From positions 1-64,000 of IMG/VR virus record IMGVR_UViG_2548877019_000001: 64,000 bases of DNA; one strand, given 5' to 3'. Under the pieces are notes generated by a model. It did no database searches and had not been told where the DNA came from. It saw only the letters and a list, made by a program, of their open reading frames with translations. The position numbers were made by a program, and so were the translations under genes. Shown piece by piece: positions 29,307 through 37,413 of this stretch (position 1 is the stretch's first letter; every line of letters begins with the position of its first letter). Source of the DNA: an uncultured virus (IMG/VR IMGVR_UViG_2548877019_000001) (taxonomy: Duplodnaviria > Heunggongvirae > Uroviricota > Caudoviricetes).

Positions 29307-29436
29307 CATTATCAATTACGTTATTCTAATTGAGAATATGCCGATAATCACCCGACCTCTCACCGTCATATCTATCGTATTATTATTCATATAAACGTAT
29401 AAATATACGATAATAACACGAAGAAATAGACGCCAA

Positions 29437-29655
29437 TCATTCGTCAGCGTCTTCGATCTTCACCTCGAATAACTCTTCGACATCCACTCCGAGTGTTCTC
29501 GCAAGGGCAAATACGTGCCAATCGAGATGCCTTTCGTTTTTATCGAACCGGCTAATGCTGCCTTGCGGAACTCCTGACGCTTCAGACAACGGAATTTGCC
29601 TCCACCCTTTCGCGTTCATTACTTCCGACAGTCGCGGTCTTACCGTTATTTTCAT
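29437..29655 (-). CDS. XRE-family HTH regulator
   Basis: RQIPLSEASGVPQGSISRF...LGVDVEELFE. Confidence 0.9.
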   Translation of the reverse strand: MKITVRPRLSEVMNAKGWRQIPLSEASGVPQGSISRFDKNERHLDWHVFALARTLGVDVEELFEVKIEDADE

Positions 29656-29717
29656 CCGTACTCACCTCGTTTTGATAATTCGATTATACGATAACGAATA
29701 AATTTTCGCAAATCCAA

Positions 29718-29746
29718 TTGACATGCGTTATGCGATATCGTATAAT
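29718..29746 (+). promoter_or_regulatory. Consensus sigmaA promoter with overlapping palindromic operator
   Basis: TTGACA-17-TATAAT; TTATGCGATATCGTATAA near-palindrome, second copy TTATACGATAACGAATAA at about 29684. Confidence 0.85.
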
Positions 29747-29772
29747 AAAGTAACGAAAGGAGGTGAACGTAA

Positions 29773-29931
29773 TTGATTGACACCGTAATGAAGCTTTCGG
29801 CAATCACCGCATCTTGGCTCGGAATTATCAAGCTCGGACTTGAACTCCGGAAGATGCGAAAGGACGATCAGTCCAAAGCCGAAAGTAAGGAGCGACGGCC
29901 TCCGACCAAGAAGCACCGTCGCCGACAATAA
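29773..29931 (+). CDS. 52-aa peptide, hydrophobic N-terminus and basic C-terminus (type I toxin-like)
   Basis: AAAGGAGGTG RBS, TTG start: MIDTVMKLSAITASWLGIIKLGLELRKMRK...KKHRRRQ. Confidence 0.7.
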   Translation: MIDTVMKLSAITASWLGIIKLGLELRKMRKDDQSKAESKERRPPTKKHRRRQ

Positions 29932-29975
29932 ACACCGAGGGGCATTTCGCCCCTTGTCAATCAATTATAACACGA

Positions 29976-30149
29976 ATGAAACGAATTGATACTACGGAAA
30001 TTTTGTTAATTGTCGTCTTGCTCGCCTGGATTGCGGATATGAACTTCGGCCGGCTTTCCGTCCTGGACTGCGTCGGCCTCGGTTCATCTGTCGTTTTTAT
30101 CGCGCTTCTATTCTTTAGATCGAGGGGGAATCGGTCACACCGCCGCTGA
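29976..30149 (+). CDS. 57-aa two-TM membrane protein
   Basis: MKRIDTTEILLIVVLLAWIAD...VVFIALLFFRSR; no clear SD. Confidence 0.55.
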   Translation: MKRIDTTEILLIVVLLAWIADMNFGRLSVLDCVGLGSSVVFIALLFFRSRGNRSHRR

Positions 30150-30260
30150 AACCGCAGCAGGCCGATCAACTTCTCGATCTATATCAACGCCCTGACGCCG
30201 GCAAAGCGTATCAGATCGGCTTCAATCTCGGCTATTTAATCGCAAACAGATACGGAGGTA

Positions 30261-30581
30261 ATGACGATGAATAAAACGAAACTCTTAACGGCCATCCTCG
30301 GCCTATCAATCGCAGGCAACGCGGCTCTCGGAATCTACGCCGCCAAACTAAACGAAGATGTCGATATTGCTTATCGCGTGGCTGACGACATGGCAGCGGA
30401 AGCCAAGGACGCTCAGGAAATTGTCGAAGGTAAAGACTACGCGGTTTCAGCGGACGACGGCGGCTTCTCTTTCGATCCGGCAGCCACGGACGCAAAGCCA
30501 GGCGATCGGATTAGCGTGATTTTTACGAAGGATCAGTACGAAAATGGCAGCAGATTTAAAGCGATTAAGGTTATCGAATAA
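30261..30581 (+). CDS. Secreted or membrane-anchored hypothetical protein
   Basis: GGAGG RBS, N-terminal signal-like segment. Confidence 0.75.
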   Translation: MTMNKTKLLTAILGLSIAGNAALGIYAAKLNEDVDIAYRVADDMAAEAKDAQEIVEGKDYAVSADDGGFSFDPAATDAKPGDRISVIFTKDQYENGSRFKAIKVIE

Positions 30582-30665
30582 CACACGAAATCAGGCGTTA
30601 AGCGGCCGCCGATACCCTAATATACCCGCAATACTTTCCGGCGGCTCATACGCTTTAATTCCGTG
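30582..30665. repeat. Palindromic element, copy 2
   Basis: CACACGAAATCAGGCGTT...GCCGCCG-ATACCCTAATATACCC...CGGCGGC...TAATTCCGTG; similar to 28609-28691. Confidence 0.7.
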
Positions 30666-30839
30666 GTAAAATTTTCGTTTACAAAAAAGGATTAACAAGG
30701 CAATTATGCTATAATATAACTATACTACGAGTAGGACACATGAGGAATTCGACTGCGAGAGGAGAGAGTACCATGTCAGACACATAATCCAGTTTTTCAA
30801 ACTCGGAAAATCCAAAAAATATAAAAGGAGTGATTAATA

Positions 30840-31256
30840 ATGGCAAACAACGAAAAGTCGAAACAACTGCTTGAAAGTTTACGAAATAAATATCAAATAG
30901 AGATTAACACATTCAAGGTTTTCATAATAATAAAAAGACATTTGCTTAACTTCCAAGAGATGATGGAAAGGGCTTTAATTTCTAAAGTATCTGAAAGCAA
31001 AGTCTGTTTTGACCCTGAAACAGATGAAAACGAGATATCATTAATACTAGATGGAAAAACAGCAAGTATAAAATACGAAGGTAGTAAGATTATCGCAAAT
31101 AGATTAGATCAACCTGATGATACATACGTAAAAATTGAAGTAAAAGGAAGCGACAGTATCTGGGTTGTACGAAGTAGCCAACAAGACAAAGAAAACATTC
31201 AGTCTGCTCAGCTATTTAACATTATAATGGAAGAGCTATTCTATGATATAAAATAG
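30840..31256 (+). CDS. AT-rich hypothetical protein (moron)
   Basis: AAAGGAG RBS, upstream TATAAT. Confidence 0.75.
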   Translation: MANNEKSKQLLESLRNKYQIEINTFKVFIIIKRHLLNFQEMMERALISKVSESKVCFDPETDENEISLILDGKTASIKYEGSKIIANRLDQPDDTYVKIEVKGSDSIWVVRSSQQDKENIQSAQLFNIIMEELFYDIK

Positions 31257-31351
31257 AGCTAAAGGAATAATTTACCGGAACCGGATCACTTTGTCTCGGC
31301 GGCCTCTTACTATATCATTATAGTAACTACGCTGAAACGAGGTGATTCTTT

Positions 31352-32161
31352 TTGTTTATTTCGCCCATGCTGCTTGAATCCGCAAAGGAGCCGTTTAACT
31401 CGGACGACTATATCACGGAAACCAAATTCGACGGCATCCGTCTGATCGCGTCCAGGAATAACGGTTTAATCCGCCTCTACACACGCCACAACAACGAAGT
31501 CACCGCTAAATTTCCGGAACTATTAACGCTCGACATACCGGACGGCACCATACTAGACGGCGAGCTTATCGTACCTGGTCCGACAGGAGCCGGCGATTTT
31601 GAGGCCACCATGGAACGATTCCAGTCGCGCAAGAATTTTCATCCGATAGTATTTTGCGTTTTTGATGTCCTGCGAACAAATGGCGTTTCAGTTACGTCTA
31701 AGCCGCTAAGTGAACGAAAAGAATTGCTGGCCGGTCTAAAACTCGATCATCCTAACGTTAAAATAGTCGAGGGCGTGCGCGGCCATGCTACGGATTATTT
31801 CGAATTAGTCCGCGAAAATAAGATCGAGGGCATCGTTATGAAGCAGGCAAACGCTCCGTATGCGGAAAATAAGCGGTCAGATCGCTGGCTGAAGATCGTT
31901 AACTACGAATATACTGACGTTCTGATATCAGGACTCCGCAAGGAAGACAATGCGCTGCTTCTTTCGTACCTGGACGGCCAGTATGCCGGCATTATGGAGT
32001 TTATGCCGTATGATGCGCGGCGGAAGTTTCATGCGGAGCGGCTAATCGTAGAAGAAACGGAGAAATACGCCTACATCGAGCCAATTGGGTGCCGCGTCAA
32101 GCACCGGTTCAAGACGAAAAACGGTTTGTTGCGGATTCCTTCGTTTCATGAATGGCGTTGA
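31352..32161 (+). CDS. ATP-dependent DNA ligase (SPbeta LigB-like)
   Basis: ETKFDGIR, LDGEL, VFDVL, EGIVMK, WLKI. Confidence 0.93.
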   Translation: MFISPMLLESAKEPFNSDDYITETKFDGIRLIASRNNGLIRLYTRHNNEVTAKFPELLTLDIPDGTILDGELIVPGPTGAGDFEATMERFQSRKNFHPIVFCVFDVLRTNGVSVTSKPLSERKELLAGLKLDHPNVKIVEGVRGHATDYFELVRENKIEGIVMKQANAPYAENKRSDRWLKIVNYEYTDVLISGLRKEDNALLLSYLDGQYAGIMEFMPYDARRKFHAERLIVEETEKYAYIEPIGCRVKHRFKTKNGLLRIPSFHEWR

Positions 32162-32207
32162 ATTGACCGTACTATTGTCGTATCCTAATAGTCGGAGGTT
32201 GAGACGA

Positions 32208-32381
32208 ATGGATTACGAAACAAAAGGATATGATACGACGATTGTATACGATTATAAAGAGTACCCAGACGTCCATTACGGGCGCTGCGATAACTGCGAT
32301 TATACGCTGTTTAAAAGTTCGGTGAAGGACGGCATTTTCCTACGTGAGTGCCGCAGATGCGGTATGAAGAAGAGCATATAA
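32208..32381 (+). CDS. 57-aa zinc-ribbon protein
   Basis: GGAGG RBS; CDNC...CRRC. Confidence 0.75.
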   Translation: MDYETKGYDTTIVYDYKEYPDVHYGRCDNCDYTLFKSSVKDGIFLRECRRCGMKKSI

Positions 32382-32390
32382 AACAAATAA

Positions 32391-32414
32391 GGCCCGACTC
32401 GGTTGAGCGGGCTA
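32391..32414. terminator. Hairpin between convergent genes
   Basis: GGCCCG-CTC...GAGCGGGCT stem with A-rich flank. Confidence 0.55.
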
Positions 32415-32416
32415 AT

Positions 32417-32761
32417 TTATCTTGTACAAAGCTTATCTTTACATTCTTCTTTGGGTTCGGCATCAACCGTATATGACAATATTTCTTTATTGGCTGGATC
32501 ATATAGACCTTCAAACTCTTTTTCTCCGTTAGTATAACCCTTCACAGTAATACCACCCATTGGATTAATATAGTAATTCTCAGAAAAATGGATATCTTTC
32601 ACATCTTTATAGTTAGTTGTTAAAAATTTTTCCATATGATTCTGTGCTTCTTCGAATAAAGCAATCTCTTTTTCCTTTTGATCGTGCTGATGCTTCATAA
32701 AAAGTCCTCCAACTGCTATAATTATTAAAATAAGGATAATTATGTACTTTTTCTTTTTCAA
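32417..32761 (-). CDS. DUF1433-like membrane-anchored protein; candidate immunity protein
   Basis: KKKK + TM, then FLTTNYKDVKDIHF...INPMGGITVKGY. Confidence 0.7.
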   Translation of the reverse strand: MKKKKYIIILILIIIAVGGLFMKHQHDQKEKEIALFEEAQNHMEKFLTTNYKDVKDIHFSENYYINPMGGITVKGYTNGEKEFEGLYDPANKEILSYTVDAEPKEECKDKLCTR

Positions 32762-32808
32762 TCGGAAATCAACCCTTTCCTATCCTATTTTACAAAAATA
32801 AAGAGGCG

Positions 32809-34245
32809 ATGTATATGAGTGATAAGATAAAAGTTCCAAAAATAACAGATAAAACTTATTATACGCTAAGTCAGGAATCTTACAACCGCGAAAGATTAGA
32901 TGATAAATTGAAAACAGGAAAACCGATACAGACAGACCTAAAAACTTATTGGTATGTCGAAAAAATTAAAAGAGACTCTGATACGGGACTTGATGCCGTT
33001 GTTTTTTCTCAGGGTCAAAAAACAAAAGACGGCAAGTGGGTCAAATCAGATAATCCCGAAAACGTCGTCGTAGCCTTCGCGGGAACTGATCCGAAAAGCC
33101 AGTTCTTTCAAGATGTTATTGACGCAGACGGCGGGAACGTTGTGATGGGAATTGACCCGAAAAAGAAGGAACACTACATAGTCGAAAAAGATGCGAAAGA
33201 TACTTCTAAAACACTCGGAAAATATAACGGAACTCCGTCACAAGACTCGATGCTTAGCACCGGTAACTACAAATTAATTACGAAAACGTCCCAAATCGGG
33301 CAAGCTGACGATCTGGTGCGGGAAGTTAAACAAAAGTATAAAGGCACCTCGACGGTTATTTCAACTACCGGACACTCGCTTGGCGGCGCAGAAGCTGAAT
33401 ACAGCGCGGTCAACAACAACATCTATGCCGTCGCGTTTAACAGCCCTTCAATTGTTAAGCTGCACTCTGAGGAGCAGCAAAAGAAAATTAACAACGGTGA
33501 ATATGACCGGTCCATAAAATCGATTATCAATCCGGATGACATGGTCGGGGCCGGCTGGTGGAACGAATATGACCGGCACAATGGAACGACAATTTATACG
33601 AAGGACCCTGAATTATCAAATGCGGTGCGCGAGGCGAGAATGCAGGGCGATGTATTCCAACAAATCGGGCAAAACGCTGGGTATTTCTTTCAGACCGCAA
33701 TCTTAGGAATGCCTGATACGCATTGGGTCGGGAGTAATAATTTCACCTTCGACAAAAACGGAAACGTTCAAAATATAGAGGGCGATGAACTCGTTTATGA
33801 CAAAAATTTAAAAGCGATGCTCCCACCGGAAGTTGCCTCCGGAAGTGGCGCAATTAAAGTAACACCCGAAGTTGCCAAGCAGCTCGCGCAAAAAGTAAAT
33901 GCGATCATCGATGACTTGCGTACGATGAAAAGAGAAGCGGAAAACGCCTACCAGGAACATGACGCTGCGATAAGCGATTTGAAATACGATACCTATCGCC
34001 AGGTCGGTCACGGCTTATACGATCAGCTTACGCTCGATGATGTAAACAATACGCTGAATGATTTGGCGCAGTCGTTCGATAAAAAAGGGAATCCGCTGTT
34101 TTACGATGTCGATGCCGAAGCGGCCTATATCGCGTCATTGCAGGATACGATTTCAGATTTAGAGGAGATCAGCGGTTATCTCGCACAAATCGCAAAGGAT
34201 TTCAAATCAAAAGACAAGATGCTCGCAAACTGGTTAAAGTTATAG
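32809..34245 (+). CDS. Lipase (alpha/beta hydrolase) toxin with C-terminal WXG/LXG-like helical domain; TslA-like T7SS effector
   Basis: TGLDAVVF, VVAFAGT, TGHSLGG, AFNSP, DDMV; C-terminal IKVTPEVAKQLA helices ending FKSKD (F/YxxxD). Confidence 0.8.
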   Translation: MYMSDKIKVPKITDKTYYTLSQESYNRERLDDKLKTGKPIQTDLKTYWYVEKIKRDSDTGLDAVVFSQGQKTKDGKWVKSDNPENVVVAFAGTDPKSQFFQDVIDADGGNVVMGIDPKKKEHYIVEKDAKDTSKTLGKYNGTPSQDSMLSTGNYKLITKTSQIGQADDLVREVKQKYKGTSTVISTTGHSLGGAEAEYSAVNNNIYAVAFNSPSIVKLHSEEQQKKINNGEYDRSIKSIINPDDMVGAGWWNEYDRHNGTTIYTKDPELSNAVREARMQGDVFQQIGQNAGYFFQTAILGMPDTHWVGSNNFTFDKNGNVQNIEGDELVYDKNLKAMLPPEVASGSGAIKVTPEVAKQLAQKVNAIIDDLRTMKREAENAYQEHDAAISDLKYDTYRQVGHGLYDQLTLDDVNNTLNDLAQSFDKKGNPLFYDVDAEAAYIASLQDTISDLEEISGYLAQIAKDFKSKDKMLANWLKL

Positions 34246-34256
34246 GAGATGAGTAG

Positions 34257-34568
34257 ATGGATACGTTAGATCAAATAATCAAAAAGCAGAACGGCCCAAT
34301 GGAAAAGCGCAGGCAGCTTGCTATGCTGAAAACGGGTATGAGAGGCGTGGCCGGAACCAAGCTCGAATCCGTTCGAAATACCCTCAGACCGAAATTCAAA
34401 GTAGATGACATACAAAAGGAAATGAACAGCGTCTATTCATCACTTCTCTACAGCTTCGAAGGGAAAGCGCAGCAGGCGCTCGCACAGCGGATCAGCCAAA
34501 GCGCTCAGCAGCTTATTCATACGGAACAGGACGGAGAAAGCTTTGTGAATGGGTTTAAGACGAATTAG
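34257..34568 (+). CDS. WXG100-like helical partner protein
   Basis: 103 aa, helix-FEG-helix pattern (SFEGKAQQAL), directly after the lipase. Confidence 0.6.
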   Translation: MDTLDQIIKKQNGPMEKRRQLAMLKTGMRGVAGTKLESVRNTLRPKFKVDDIQKEMNSVYSSLLYSFEGKAQQALAQRISQSAQQLIHTEQDGESFVNGFKTN

Positions 34569-34569
34569 A

Positions 34570-34593
34570 GGCGCCAATTACGGCGCCCTTTTT
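34570..34593 (+). terminator. Intrinsic terminator
   Basis: GGCGCC-aattac-GGCGCC-CTTTTT. Confidence 0.75.
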
Positions 34594-34600
34594 CGTTTAT

Positions 34601-35401
34601 TTACGGTTTCTTAACGTTAAACATCGCAAGCAGCGTCTTATCCGGCTCCTTGGATTGTCGATAAAACACGTTAGGATTGAACGTATATCGCTCCGGTTCG
34701 CTGCCGACCTTTATTCGCGCGACAACGAACTCCCCATCGAATTTCATCTGCTTCAGCCGCCGGCCAAGCGTGTCCGGCGTTACTCCGATCGCGGCCGCTA
34801 GCTCTTTCTTATTGAACCATCGGATAAGCTTCGGATTCTTTTCGAAAGGATTGGCGCAAAGAGCGTTTGTTTCGTAGTGGATAAACGGCAGCATCCGGTA
34901 AATCAGTCCGATGTCTGTCGCCTTCACTTCGCTGTATACCTTCTTAATTTTCGCAGTATAGAGTTTGACAACGTACTGACTACCGAAGTTACCTTTGAAG
35001 TGGTAGCGCTCGTTCACCGAGTATATGCCGCCTTCTTCCCGGATAATATCGTGCTGAATACACGCGTTCAGAAAATCGTAGAATGTCATACGCTTTTTCG
35101 TGAGCTGTAGAACGGACATCATATCCGCTGTCTTCATCGGAGTTTTATCGCGGCTAGATTTAACGAGAACACCGTTATAGTCGACGTAGCATTGTAGCAA
35201 CATCAAATACCCGCATTGTGCCGTTGTGAGAGCGTCATAGACTTCGTGAATATAAGACATATTGGCGTTGGAAAAGTCGCGTCTGTCCGTTGTCTGTTTC
35301 TGCTGTTCCCGGAAAGCTTCGTCCTGGTTCCGGTGTCTGAGCGTATAGTCTGTTGATAGGTCCTCGCCTGTCTCTGCGTTTACTACTAGTAATCTTTTCA
35401 A
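34601..35401 (-). CDS. RepL-like replication/HTH protein
   Basis: Two wHTH-like halves ending YSVNERYHFKG and YTFNPNVFYR, resembling Firmicute plasmid RepL. Confidence 0.6.
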   Translation of the reverse strand: MKRLLVVNAETGEDLSTDYTLRHRNQDEAFREQQKQTTDRRDFSNANMSYIHEVYDALTTAQCGYLMLLQCYVDYNGVLVKSSRDKTPMKTADMMSVLQLTKKRMTFYDFLNACIQHDIIREEGGIYSVNERYHFKGNFGSQYVVKLYTAKIKKVYSEVKATDIGLIYRMLPFIHYETNALCANPFEKNPKLIRWFNKKELAAAIGVTPDTLGRRLKQMKFDGEFVVARIKVGSEPERYTFNPNVFYRQSKEPDKTLLAMFNVKKP

Positions 35402-35448
35402 AATATCGTCTCCTTTTTCGCAAAATAAAAGAGCGCGTGTAGGGCGCC

Positions 35449-35482
35449 CTCATAACGTATAGACAGCTAAACGGGTAAAAGT
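35449..35482 (-). promoter_or_regulatory. Putative phage late promoter, copy 2
   Basis: 30/34 identical to 28968-29001; followed by AGGGCGC..GCGCTCTTTT hairpin. Confidence 0.65.
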
Positions 35483-35489
35483 AACGGGT

Positions 35490-35978
35490 TTAATGAGAAA
35501 TTTTTTCGCCGGTTTCGATATTGATCGTGAACTGTCCCGGTGATCTTCCCTTTACGAAATCGTTATAGCGGCTTCTTCGTTCTTTATTTCGCGCCCTGGC
35601 CGATCTATCAACGAACTTTTCCTCGTATGAAGAGCGTTTTCTTCGCGTCGGAACTTTATAATTTCGACCATCTGCCCCGTACTCTTCTGCGAGCTTTTCG
35701 GATGCCTCCGACTTGATGCGCTCTTCTCGCTGCGTTTCGCTCATGATCGGGTACTCTTCGCGAGCCATTTTATCCGGGTGTGGGTTCGTTAGCTCTTCGT
35801 AGATTACGAGATTCGCCATACGTTCAAGCGCGATAGAATCCGGATGCTCTCCGACGGCATCGAAGTAAGCGTCGGCCAGCGCGGTAATTTCCTCAATACG
35901 TTCGATCCGGTCAAGTTCTCCGGATTTCGTTCGTTGGTACATATCCGTGATCATTTCGTGTAGTAGCGCCTTATCCAT
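35490..35978 (-). CDS. Hypothetical protein coupled to the sigma-region-4 gene
   Basis: ATG 35978 after GGGAGG; overlaps the upstream gene. Confidence 0.75.
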   Translation of the reverse strand: MDKALLHEMITDMYQRTKSGELDRIERIEEITALADAYFDAVGEHPDSIALERMANLVIYEELTNPHPDKMAREEYPIMSETQREERIKSEASEKLAEEYGADGRNYKVPTRRKRSSYEEKFVDRSARARNKERRSRYNDFVKGRSPGQFTINIETGEKISH

Positions 35979-36360
35979 TAATTCGTCCTCCCGTCGAGTA
36001 TCCTTCGCCATGTCCCGCCCAATAGTAGTAAATATCCGCAATCGAATCAGCCGCTCGATTTATCAGATGATTAACGGAATCCTTGCCGACCCCCATCCGT
36101 TTTCCCGCCTCGACTTGCGTCAGGTCTTCGAAATATACGAGCCGGATAGCTTCGCGTTGTCTGTCGGTCAGATCCGCAAGCTCAATCGCGTTGTGCAGAT
36201 CGAGCAGCACTTCGGCAGCTTCGTATTCTCCGAGTCGTTTGCGGCTGACGAACTTCGGATAATCGGAGAGCAACGTTTTGACGCCCTCCGCATTGTCTAG
36301 CGCATATGTCGTTTCAAATTCGCGATCCTTTCGGTGTAGATCGATTTTGACTGTTCCGAT
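35971..36360 (-). CDS. Sigma-70 region 4 HTH protein (late transcription regulator); probable ATC start
   Basis: LTDRQREAIRLVYFEDLTQVEAGKRMGVGKDSVNHLINRA. Confidence 0.85.
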   Translation of the reverse strand: MGTVKIDLHRKDREFETTYALDNAEGVKTLLSDYPKFVSRKRLGEYEAAEVLLDLHNAIELADLTDRQREAIRLVYFEDLTQVEAGKRMGVGKDSVNHLINRAADSIADIYYYWAGHGEGYSTGGRING

Positions 36361-36414
36361 AACAACCGCCTCCTTTTTCGTTAATAACTTCGTTAACAAT
36401 CCGCACACTACTGT

Positions 36415-36443
36415 TGACTATCGGTAACTATTCCGTCTATACT
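36415..36443 (+). promoter_or_regulatory. sigmaA-like promoter for 36475
   Basis: TTGACT-18-TATACT. Confidence 0.6.
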
Positions 36444-36474
36444 GAACGTAAATACTTTCGTAAGGAGATTCGAT

Positions 36475-36864
36475 ATGGCGATCGAATGGATTTCAAGCGA
36501 AACAATTCGCGATCTCAAAGCGTTTATTACAGTCGATAACTACGGCAGATTCTGTGTGTCAATGGGTGCGCGACGTGCTTTAAAGCTTCCGGAAAAAACG
36601 GGGTTCCGACTATTCCTTGCGTATGATAAGGACGAGCGAAGGATAATCGTAGGGAAGCCCGGATATGTTTCGATAGAAGGCGATGTGCGACCGTTTAAAT
36701 TTGATCCGCGTGGTTACTCATCAGCGCGTCCATATATCCGAAAACAGAATTTATACGGCCAAGATCTTCCACAGAGATTCTACTTGATCGGCGATGGCGA
36801 GGCGTCAAAACAACCGTACCTGGCCTATCCGAAAGGCACGTATGCGTTTCAGCTAGACGAGTAG
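36475..36864 (+). CDS. AbrB/SpoVT-like swapped-hairpin DNA-binding protein
   Basis: ITVDNYGRFCVSMGARRALKL motif; AAGGAG RBS. Confidence 0.55.
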   Translation: MAIEWISSETIRDLKAFITVDNYGRFCVSMGARRALKLPEKTGFRLFLAYDKDERRIIVGKPGYVSIEGDVRPFKFDPRGYSSARPYIRKQNLYGQDLPQRFYLIGDGEASKQPYLAYPKGTYAFQLDE

Positions 36865-37413
36865 CTCCGCCATAATCGCGTCCAGCTTCTCGTATAACTC
36901 TTCCGGCTTGCCTGCGTTCTCAATTTCGTAATCAACTTCGAAACTGTTAACGGCAAGCTCAGTCGGATGCTCCAAGTCGACAAGATCGAATTGATCGCCG
37001 GCTTTTTTAGCGCGTTCAATGCGGAGATCGACGGGCGCTGTTATGCGGATAAATACGAATCCTTCGTCCTTCAATCGCTTGTATTCGTTAGGCTGGCGGC
37101 AGTCATCGACGATCACGCGATTCTTTAGCGCTGTATTGCCGCAGTCGCAAGGATGGCGGTCGAGATAGGCGGCTATTTTCGGCATGAGAGCGTCGATCCA
37201 TACGTCCTCTCCGAAGGCTTCCCGCGCCCACTGTCCGAACTTCTGATAATGAGCGCGCGGCTTCGGATTTCTCGGAACGTGAGGGAATGCGCGGTGAAAT
37301 GCGTCCTTTAGTTCGTCGCCAAATGCGAACGGCTGGAAATCGTAGTGAAGCGAAATGTACGATGCAGCGAGCGACTTGCCTGCGCGAAGTGGTGCGGTGA
37401 GGGCGATCTTCAT
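36853..37413 (-). CDS. Deoxynucleoside monophosphate kinase
   Basis: IALTAPLRAGKS, FGDELK, IVDDCRQPNE, HPTE. Confidence 0.85.
   Translation of the reverse strand: MKIALTAPLRAGKSLAASYISLHYDFQPFAFGDELKDAFHRAFPHVPRNPKPRAHYQKFGQWAREAFGEDVWIDALMPKIAAYLDRHPCDCGNTALKNRVIVDDCRQPNEYKRLKDEGFVFIRITAPVDLRIERAKKAGDQFDLVDLEHPTELAVNSFEVDYEIENAGKPEELYEKLDAIMAELLV

Noticed and set aside
30119..30274. Open frame ...ADQLLDLYQRPDAGKAYQIGFNLGYLIANRYGGNDDE
   Set aside because: No start codon or RBS; probably a deletion remnant, not supportable as a gene
30774..30788. SD-preceded mini-ORF MSDT upstream of 30840
   Set aside because: Too short to distinguish a leader peptide from chance or a nonsense-mutated remnant
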